Source of the DNA: Staphylococcus phage vB_Sau_P68
Reading direction: 5' to 3' (one strand)
Sequence record: OL741057.1
Length of the DNA stretch: 64,000 bases
How positions within the stretch are numbered: position 1 is the stretch's first letter; each line of letters begins with the position of its first letter. The position numbers and the translations under genes are program-made. Positions 56,654-64,000 of this stretch are shown one piece after another. Below the pieces are notes generated by a model. That model made no database searches, was not told the DNA's origin, and saw nothing but the letters and a program-made list of their open reading frames with translations.

Positions 56654-58096
56654 TTAAATTCCAGGTAATCCTCCGAATGTGTTATTTATAGCTTCTATTT
56701 TATTATCTTTAGCTTGGAATTTACTTGTATCTTCTTTCCCATTATCAGATAACAATTGAATGTGTTCTTGTTTTTCTTCCGGTGTTTCATCTCTTACAAT
56801 CATCTTAGTTGGTTCTACTTTAAGATTAACAAATCGTTCCCCTGTATTAGAACTGTTACGAACTTTATCCAGGTACAATCTCAAGAAACCGCTCTTGAAT
56901 TCTTCATCTTTTTGGTTTACTGCTAATGATACCTCAACAGCATTGACAATCTTACGAGAGCCCTCTACATGTTCACTTGTAATAACATCTGAACCATAAG
57001 CTCCACGGTTAGTCTGAGCTAAAGTCCAACATACAAATCCATATTGCTGTGATAATCTACGAATGTCTTCAAACAGTTTTCCTCCTGCATCTGATTCTGA
57101 ATGATACTTAGCATGTGGATTTCTCATTAGATGAGGATAGTCAATGATAACAACATCAATATTCTTATCTTTCTTAATTGTAGTATTAACAATAATTTGC
57201 TCTAATTGGTTTGGTGTAACTTCACCTGGCATATGTTTAGAAATATAAAAGTCACCTAATAACTTTCTATTCTTCTGATAATGATTTTGTATTGCATCAT
57301 AAACTTTATTATTTAAAGACATATCTTGATTGACAATTTGGCTTTTTTCTGCCCCTGCCATTTGTTGCTCTGCACGTAAAACCATTCTATCCATTTTTTC
57401 CTCTAATGCAATGTATAGAACACTTAACCCACTCTTCACATAGTTTTTAGCTAAGTTAGAAGCCATTAATGACTTACCTCTACCTGTTGGAGCTATAATT
57501 AATCCAACCTCTCCTCTTGCTATACCACCTTCAATGTGGTTATCAATAGAATTGAACCCTGTAGAGAATTTATTTGTAGCTAAATTACTTAATAGTTCCT
57601 GTTTCTTTTCAGTATCTTCGAAGAAATCAATGAATTCCCCATTACCACCTGAAATATCACTTACCTCTATTTGTTTTAATTTATCTACAAGCTCATGTAA
57701 GTTGTCTGAATCTTCTTGTTTATTCTCTGCAATAAACTTAACTAATACTTCCTTAGACATTTCTGTTTTAATATACTTTTCTATTTCATAGTTAACAGAC
57801 TCATCTTTCTCATTAACATCTACTTTATATAAATCTTCTAAGTAAGTTAAAGTTTTAGTTACTTTCTCTTCATCTTCCTTATTATTACCCATAAGCTGTT
57901 CTATTTTAATTGCTAACGCTTCATTTGACATCTTATCGGAAATGTGTGCTGTTCTCTTTATAGCTGTAAATAAGTAACCCATATCTTCAGATTCTGCTGA
58001 AAATAGGTTCTTAGGTAAGTTATCTAGTACTTCTCTTGCAAAATGTATATCCTTCATTGATTTATGAAGAATAAGCTCCTTTATCTTTTTACTCAT
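56654..58096 (-). CDS. DnaB-like replicative helicase (RecA-fold C-terminal domain)
   Basis: Walker A GLIIAPTGRGKS; DnaB C-terminal-like architecture. Confidence 0.7.
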   Translation of the reverse strand: MSKKIKELILHKSMKDIHFAREVLDNLPKNLFSAESEDMGYLFTAIKRTAHISDKMSNEALAIKIEQLMGNNKEDEEKVTKTLTYLEDLYKVDVNEKDESVNYEIEKYIKTEMSKEVLVKFIAENKQEDSDNLHELVDKLKQIEVSDISGGNGEFIDFFEDTEKKQELLSNLATNKFSTGFNSIDNHIEGGIARGEVGLIIAPTGRGKSLMASNLAKNYVKSGLSVLYIALEEKMDRMVLRAEQQMAGAEKSQIVNQDMSLNNKVYDAIQNHYQKNRKLLGDFYISKHMPGEVTPNQLEQIIVNTTIKKDKNIDVVIIDYPHLMRNPHAKYHSESDAGGKLFEDIRRLSQQYGFVCWTLAQTNRGAYGSDVITSEHVEGSRKIVNAVEVSLAVNQKDEEFKSGFLRLYLDKVRNSSNTGERFVNLKVEPTKMIVRDETPEEKQEHIQLLSDNGKEDTSKFQAKDNKIEAINNTFGGLPGI

Positions 58097-59702
58097 AGTT
58101 ATTAACCTCTTCCTCTACTAAATGTATAAGTTTATTATAATCCAACATACCTTCTTTTGTCAAGGGTATTTTATCAATTAAATTATATTTTTCTATAATA
58201 TATTTTACTTCTCTTAGGTTTACTTCATATCCTAGGTAATCACCAAACATTCTTAGTATATAATAAGTTGAAGTATGTTGTCTCATATAAAGATATTCAT
58301 TACCGTTCTGTTCTAAGTTTTGTATATCCATACCACTTAGTGAATTTCTATTCACTATACCTCCTAGACTTATCGGTAATAAATCTTCTCTTTTGATTCC
58401 TTTGTTTAGCTGTTTATCATAAACTATATGCTCTTTCTGCATAGTAAACATTGATAACCTTGCAGACGGTGATATACTTGTTGGAGAGTAATCATTAATT
58501 ATGCATTGTTTTACATATTTATTAATGATACTTTTCTCTTCTGTAGGTAGGTTCTTAATTTCTTCTTCAATCATAGAATTATATTGTAGTAAAATAATAT
58601 GTTTCATATCCCCAAATAATCCATAAGAAGCATTCTCAAGGTCTAAGGCTTGTTCAAACATAGTATCAATATCATGTAAGTTAGAATTTAACCCTGTAGT
58701 GTATAATTGATGTAAATGTAATACAGCAGGATTCTTAACGTAGTCTGATGAATTAATAATACTATCTGTATCTCCTAGGTGTCTATTTGTATTGTTAACA
58801 CCTTTTTTTATTCCCTTAATATAATTATTATAGTTTTTAAAATACTTATCTGAACTAAAGAAGTTAGGAGAAGGTATTGGATTAGGTTGCATACCGTTCT
58901 CATAATAAAATGTTACATTCTTAAATACGTTTTGCATATATTTAAATACATTAATATTTTTATCTTTTATTTTTAAATAAAAATTATAAAAGGTATTAAA
59001 TGTTTTACTACCGAAGAAATTATCACTTACACTATTTCTAGGTAAGTTCTGAATCATTTTATTTCTATAGTATTCAGACATATGTTGGTGGTAATCATAT
59101 TCATCTTTAGTTGTTGCCTTATTCATTGCTTTAAGGTGACTAGTATGTTTAGCATCCATATGAGAGATAGCATACTGGTCATAGAGCTTGCAAAGTATAT
59201 AAGCTTTATAAAACCCTTCAGGGTCATAAGACATATTAAAAACTTCCTTAGAAGGGTAAGGAAGACCTTCTGAATGAAAATTCATATCAGATATAATCTT
59301 TCTTTTCTCATCTTTAATAGCATTATACTGTGCCATTTCTAATTTTGTACGTCTTCGTTGTTCTTTTCTCTCATATCTATATGAAGGGTAGTGCTTTTCT
59401 CTTAATGCTTTAGCATACTGTAAATCAGAAGTAATAATATTATCTGTAGAATTATTAAATTCTTTCAATTCTTCTGTGTCATATTCTCTAACTAAAGTTA
59501 TCACTACTCCACCATTTTTACCTCTTTTAGATACAGTAACAATTTTATTTTCTTCTTCTAACTTTTTAAGGTTATTGGATAAAGCAGAGATGGAAACGTC
59601 TAGAGAATCTGCTAGTTCTTTCTTAGTAGAAATATGAAATTTATTTTCTGTAGCATTTTCTTCTAGATATTGGTATAACTTTCGTTGTGTTTTTGTTGCC
59701 AT
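58089..59702 (-). CDS. replication-associated protein with an N-terminal winged-helix/HTH (Rep-like in Twort-like phages)
   Basis: N-terminal HTH-like segment; position between the two helicases. Confidence 0.45.
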   Translation of the reverse strand: MATKTQRKLYQYLEENATENKFHISTKKELADSLDVSISALSNNLKKLEEENKIVTVSKRGKNGGVVITLVREYDTEELKEFNNSTDNIITSDLQYAKALREKHYPSYRYERKEQRRRTKLEMAQYNAIKDEKRKIISDMNFHSEGLPYPSKEVFNMSYDPEGFYKAYILCKLYDQYAISHMDAKHTSHLKAMNKATTKDEYDYHQHMSEYYRNKMIQNLPRNSVSDNFFGSKTFNTFYNFYLKIKDKNINVFKYMQNVFKNVTFYYENGMQPNPIPSPNFFSSDKYFKNYNNYIKGIKKGVNNTNRHLGDTDSIINSSDYVKNPAVLHLHQLYTTGLNSNLHDIDTMFEQALDLENASYGLFGDMKHIILLQYNSMIEEEIKNLPTEEKSIINKYVKQCIINDYSPTSISPSARLSMFTMQKEHIVYDKQLNKGIKREDLLPISLGGIVNRNSLSGMDIQNLEQNGNEYLYMRQHTSTYYILRMFGDYLGYEVNLREVKYIIEKYNLIDKIPLTKEGMLDYNKLIHLVEEEVNNYE

Positions 59703-59713
59703 CTCTTACCCTC

Positions 59714-61462
59714 CTATTTTCCTAAGTCTTTTATTTCAAAATCTTCCTCTTCATAAATTTTCCTACGCTCATTAGCATGAGTATATAAAAATCTATTTGT
59801 CATATCATTAAAATCAAATATTTGTGTTGTATTGTCATCTTTCTTCTTACGTAAAGCACGTCCAATACGTTGTAGTGTCTGTCTTAATGATTTACCTCCT
59901 GCACCTAGTATCAGTGCATTAATACCGGATATATCTACACCCTCATCAATAAGTGATGTAGCTATCATTACTTTAAGTTTACCACTTCTCATGTCATTTA
60001 GTTTTTCTCTTCTAGTTTCAGAGTCTATTTCCCCATGTAAGAAGTAGTGTTCTACATCTAAATCATTTAACAGCTCAGATATTGTATCTCCGTGCTCTAT
60101 AAAGTTTACAATGATTAATGTTCCTTTATCTTGATTATACCACTTTTCTGTTAGTTTTGCAATAAGTTTATTCCTAAAATCATTATTTGTTATACCTTTA
60201 TCGTAAGCTTCCCTATAATCATCAATTCTATCTATATCATTAGGGTTAGCTACCGGTATAATATTTATTGTTGGTCTAGCAGAATGTCCTTCGTCAATCA
60301 AGAACTTATTAGTAGTTCTAGCTATAACATTACCAAATAAAGCTTGTAGTCTCATCCATAGTAATTCATCTTTCTTATCTATAGAGCCTGTTAGGGCAAT
60401 CCTATATAATGCCTTTTCACAAGTCATTAGGTTATTATACCATGAGTCTGATTTAGAGTGGTGTGCCTCATCAACTATCATAACAGTCACTGAATCTAAA
60501 AAGTCTCTCATATCTTGGTATTTATCGTATTTCTTTTCATTCTTTTCCCTAACAACTTTTTGGAAATGGGCATTATGTTTCTTTAGGTTTAATAAGACCT
60601 CTGCGTCAGTTTTACTGTTTTGGTAAATTAGTTCTAGAACATTTAATACATTTTGCTCTACCTTTGTTTTAGGTGTTGTATTATCAAGTAATACTTTAAG
60701 TAATTTCTTTTGATTAGTACCACCTTCAAATTTAGGTAATATTTCTTGTGCAATCTTTTTACTAATATTTTGTTTAGGTGTTACTTTAACTCCTTGTGTC
60801 GGGTCTTTAAGGTTTGCATTTAATGTAGGTATCATTACAACTGTAACCTGTTTAACATCAAATTTACCTGCCCCTACTTTACCAATAGGAATATTTAGTC
60901 GTTCTTTTAATCTGTCTGCAGACTGATGAAAAATTTCTGTAGAGCCTGTGAAGAAAGCTACCCTTTCTCCTTTCTCAAGTTGAGGAAGTAACTGGTCTAT
61001 AATACCACTAGCAACCTCTGTTTTACCTCCGTTAGTTGCTAAGTGAGCAATACCATTATAGAATGTTAAACTATTATATACTGCCTCATACTGATAGTCT
61101 CTTAAAGTTATCTGACCAATATTATTATCTAGTAAAGTTATTTCATCATCAATATCCTCTTCCGATAGGAAACTTTCATCACGTTCATCAATCGTTTCAA
61201 ATTGGAAGTTATATCTTGATTGTAACTCCCCTAATAATAACTCAATCTTAAATAAAAGTCCAGTAGGGAATTTATCTTCCTCATAAACATAAAAGTCTAC
61301 GTAACCATCCCAACTACCTCTCTTGTATGCGGGGCTGTATTGAAACCCTTCCTGTCGTGCTCCTATTGTAGTATGGACTCTCTTTAAAAATATATCTTTT
61401 AAGTATTTATCATCCTCCTCAAATTCTACATAGGTATATAAGTTCTTAATTCGTAATTTCAT
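59714..61462 (-). CDS. SF2 helicase (DEAD/DEAH-like)
   Basis: Walker A ATNGGKT; DEAH box MIVDEAHH; helicase C-terminal motifs. Confidence 0.8.
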   Translation of the reverse strand: MKLRIKNLYTYVEFEEDDKYLKDIFLKRVHTTIGARQEGFQYSPAYKRGSWDGYVDFYVYEEDKFPTGLLFKIELLLGELQSRYNFQFETIDERDESFLSEEDIDDEITLLDNNIGQITLRDYQYEAVYNSLTFYNGIAHLATNGGKTEVASGIIDQLLPQLEKGERVAFFTGSTEIFHQSADRLKERLNIPIGKVGAGKFDVKQVTVVMIPTLNANLKDPTQGVKVTPKQNISKKIAQEILPKFEGGTNQKKLLKVLLDNTTPKTKVEQNVLNVLELIYQNSKTDAEVLLNLKKHNAHFQKVVREKNEKKYDKYQDMRDFLDSVTVMIVDEAHHSKSDSWYNNLMTCEKALYRIALTGSIDKKDELLWMRLQALFGNVIARTTNKFLIDEGHSARPTINIIPVANPNDIDRIDDYREAYDKGITNNDFRNKLIAKLTEKWYNQDKGTLIIVNFIEHGDTISELLNDLDVEHYFLHGEIDSETRREKLNDMRSGKLKVMIATSLIDEGVDISGINALILGAGGKSLRQTLQRIGRALRKKKDDNTTQIFDFNDMTNRFLYTHANERRKIYEEEDFEIKDLGK

Positions 61463-61550
61463 TTTAATCTCCTTATATCCTTACACGAGTTATAGTATAG
61501 CACAGAATGCTTATTAAGTCAAGAAAAAAAGACTAGGAGTTTATCCTAGT

Positions 61551-62927
61551 CTATGGCATATTAATACCTATAATTCTCGTAACATATTGTGTTTTAGGAC
61601 TCTGTATAGCACCTTCGTCTATAGTCCATGTTGAGCCTTTAAATTTTATACCTAATCTATAAAACTCTGTGATAGGTGGTTTAGTAGCTGTTCTATCTCC
61701 TGATACGAATGTTCCCGAACAAACACATATGTTACTACCATCTAAATAAAATTTATGGCAAATAGTACCTGCATCGTCACTACCTTTAGTTTTCTCTACA
61801 GTTTTATACTTAATATATATTTCAACATAGGAGTAATTACTTATATCATCTGCTAATTTCTTGGAAATCCCAGTAGAAGAAAATGCTTGTGCCCCAGTCC
61901 ATAATTCTTTATAGGAAGGAGAAGCTTTAGGGGTAGTCCAATTACCACTAGTTACTGAACCTGTAACATTTCTACCGTCAGTACCTACTGCAGTGTATAC
62001 ACCGTGAAAACTAGAAGTGTCAGGAGTATCTGACATGAATAATCCTCGACAACTATTAGGCATAGGTGAACCTGTAACACCGCCTTGAACATAGAATGTA
62101 AAAGTAGTTTGCCCTGTACTATCAACATGGTCTAAAACAGCTTGTTGGAATGTCTTATTACCACTTGCGTATACTAGTAAAGGGAAGGAAGCTCTACCAT
62201 CCTCTTGAATACTTGATAATAAATATTTTTCCATATCTTTTGGTTCTAACTCTTTTTTCCATTCATTATATGAACCTGAAGGTTTTTTAGTACTTACATA
62301 CTCTTTACCAGTGTCAGGGTCTGTTAATCTAGCTAATCTATTATCATTAGCATCTATATTTAATTCTAAGAACCCTGAATCCACTCCATCAGGCATACCT
62401 CCGGTCATACCTGTTACAAAGTATACCCCCGGAGAAGTTAAATCTTCTACGTTAGAACCCATTATAACAGAATTTTTATTACTTGGAAGTCCTTGAATAA
62501 ATTGCCATTCTGAGCTTGAATTTCCTGAAACATATCTATACACTGTTTTAATTTGGTTATTATTAGTGGATAAGGTATATAAGTGTTGCACTACACTAGT
62601 AGAAGAATCCAAGGGTAGTACTTGTAGTACTACATTCAACGACTCAATATCAGGTTTATCTGATAGTGTTGCTAGTGTTCTTGCATTAACGTAATAGTAA
62701 CCTGGCTCTTTTATGTCCTTAAGAGTAGTTATATTTCCATAGGCTTTAGCTAGTCCTTTGTCGTCTGTTAACTTAACTCTCTGTGACTTATTAAAATTAT
62801 ATACTAAGTCATCTGTAATGTCAAATATATTTCTTTCCTTTGTTAATTCTTCCCCAATGTTATTGACCTGAATCGTCAGGTCTTTAATAACATTGTTATC
62901 GGTTATTGTGTTAAAATTTAATGCCAT
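61551..62927 (-). CDS. tail fibre or receptor-binding-like protein
   Basis: 458 aa, Gly/Ser/Thr-rich beta-type composition; lies upstream of the helicase module, as in Twort-like gene order. Confidence 0.4.
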   Translation of the reverse strand: MALNFNTITDNNVIKDLTIQVNNIGEELTKERNIFDITDDLVYNFNKSQRVKLTDDKGLAKAYGNITTLKDIKEPGYYYVNARTLATLSDKPDIESLNVVLQVLPLDSSTSVVQHLYTLSTNNNQIKTVYRYVSGNSSSEWQFIQGLPSNKNSVIMGSNVEDLTSPGVYFVTGMTGGMPDGVDSGFLELNIDANDNRLARLTDPDTGKEYVSTKKPSGSYNEWKKELEPKDMEKYLLSSIQEDGRASFPLLVYASGNKTFQQAVLDHVDSTGQTTFTFYVQGGVTGSPMPNSCRGLFMSDTPDTSSFHGVYTAVGTDGRNVTGSVTSGNWTTPKASPSYKELWTGAQAFSSTGISKKLADDISNYSYVEIYIKYKTVEKTKGSDDAGTICHKFYLDGSNICVCSGTFVSGDRTATKPPITEFYRLGIKFKGSTWTIDEGAIQSPKTQYVTRIIGINMP

Positions 62928-62933
62928 TGGCTA

Positions 62934-63299
62934 TTACCCCTTCTGTTTCATTAATTGTTCTAGAAGTTTTTTTATTTCATCCATTTCGGCTTTTAGTTTA
63001 TCATAGTCTTCTTTAGATACTGTTTCTTCTTTTTCAACTTCTGTAAAAGAACCACTTTCCATTTCACTATAATCAGGTACATAATCTTTATTTTCGATTA
63101 CTTCCTGAGGTTTATCGTAATAGAGGTATCTATCTAAAGAAAAGTTATCAAAGAAATATGGAGGAAGTATCTCTCTACTAATTTTAATCTGCCCGAAATC
63201 TTCATCATAGCCTCCATATGTTGTATAACCTGTAATATATTTTTTGTCTCTCAAGTGTAATACTATTTCATCTGAACCTATGTCATATTTTACTACCAT
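62934..63299 (-). CDS. hypothetical protein with a C-terminal coiled coil (possible fibre chaperone)
   Basis: ORF track. Confidence 0.45.
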   Translation of the reverse strand: MVVKYDIGSDEIVLHLRDKKYITGYTTYGGYDEDFGQIKISREILPPYFFDNFSLDRYLYYDKPQEVIENKDYVPDYSEMESGSFTEVEKEETVSKEDYDKLKAEMDEIKKLLEQLMKQKG

Positions 63300-63312
63300 T
63301 TAGTTTCTCTCC

Positions 63313-64000
63313 TTATATTGAATTAATACCTATAATACGGTATATTTTTATTCTCTCTTCTTCTGCCCAAGAAGCTACTTTAACTGTATTAGTGTCTCCA
63401 TCTAGTGTTACTGATTTAGACATACCAGGTTTAACAGATGTCTTGGTAGGGAATGTACAATAGCCCTCGAAAAAGTCTATATTAGCGGATGTACTATTAT
63501 TTCCTACGTTGAAGTCTCTAATATACATAATTTCATTTACTAAATTAAATCTCTTAATTGATTGATGTCCGGCGGCACGAGTCCAATAAGAAACTTCAAA
63601 TAAATCATAGTTATCTATAGAGTCATTTAATGGTATAGTATCGGAAGATGCAAAATCAAGCGTACCTTCCCATAATAGTGTAGCTGTTTCTTCTTGTCTT
63701 AGAGGTTTCCATCCTTGGTTGTGTCCTCCATAATAGAGGATGTAGTTTAAACCTTCACTATCTGTAAGTTGTACATTAATAAATTTATTAGTACTATTTG
63801 GGTCTCCTTTGTCATAGTCTACTTGTATCGTACCTCTTATAGAACGGTTTCTAGGTGTACCTTCAATAGTACTTTGACAATAAAAAGTATGGAATCCTTG
63901 TGGTACTGTCATAATTAAGTCTTTAAGTGTTAGGTCTCCTACATTATCTTTAAACCACGCATACTTAAAATAGTTATCCGTATTTATATCTGAAGTATAA
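63313..64000 (-). CDS. tail fibre-like protein, 5'-truncated by the window edge
   Basis: the frame stays open from the track's ATG (63912) to position 64000 (...YTSDINTDNYFKYAWFKDNVGDLTLKDLIM TVPQG...). Confidence 0.4.
   Translation of the reverse strand, partial: YTSDINTDNYFKYAWFKDNVGDLTLKDLIMTVPQGFHTFYCQSTIEGTPRNRSIRGTIQVDYDKGDPNSTNKFINVQLTDSEGLNYILYYGGHNQGWKPLRQEETATLLWEGTLDFASSDTIPLNDSIDNYDLFEVSYWTRAAGHQSIKRFNLVNEIMYIRDFNVGNNSTSANIDFFEGYCTFPTKTSVKPGMSKSVTLDGDTNTVKVASWAEEERIKIYRIIGINSI

Overview
This 64-kb, AT-rich window looks like part of a large virulent myovirus of low-GC Gram-positive bacteria, of the Twort-like/SPO1-like (Herelleviridae) type. That assignment is an inference from gene content, gene order and AT-richness. 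Almost all genes are on the minus strand. Coordinates 37–64 kb carry a classic replication/recombination module: tail-fibre-like genes, an SF2 helicase, a Rep-like protein, a DnaB-like helicase, SbcD/SbcC-like nucleases, primase, NrdI/NrdE/NrdF, a thioredoxin-like protein, an HU-like protein, a family-A DNA polymerase, a RecA-like ATPase, a sigma-like factor and Ig/FN3-domain proteins. The DNA polymerase gene is split by a ~0.8-kb group-I-type intron that encodes an HNH endonuclease. Coordinates 9.7–37 kb hold about 60 small minus-strand ORFs of unknown function, each behind a near-consensus sigma-A-type promoter (TTGACA-N17-TATAAT). Recognisable products there include two metallophosphoesterases, an HNH homing endonuclease, a DUF4352-like lipoprotein, PD-(D/E)xK-like nuclease motifs and membrane peptides. 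Coordinates 1–9.7 kb look like a host-takeover early region, with tandem consensus promoters, hairpins built on a GAAGCGG/CCGCTTC core, a tandem paralog family of ~100-aa proteins, and two plus-strand nuclease genes (HNH, DUF559-like) that look like selfish insertions. An ~870-bp non-coding island at 6.7–7.6 kb has 28-nt direct repeats, a three-hairpin cluster and a candidate ~300-nt plus-strand ncRNA. There are also convergent promoter pairs that would make short sense/antisense transcripts, and a palindrome that is a promoter on one strand and a terminator on the other. I found no CRISPR array, rRNA or convincing tRNA by eye. The items most worth follow-up are the non-coding island at 6.7–7.6 kb, the convergent promoter pairs and the palindromic promoter/terminator in the early region, and the clusters of unknown small genes.
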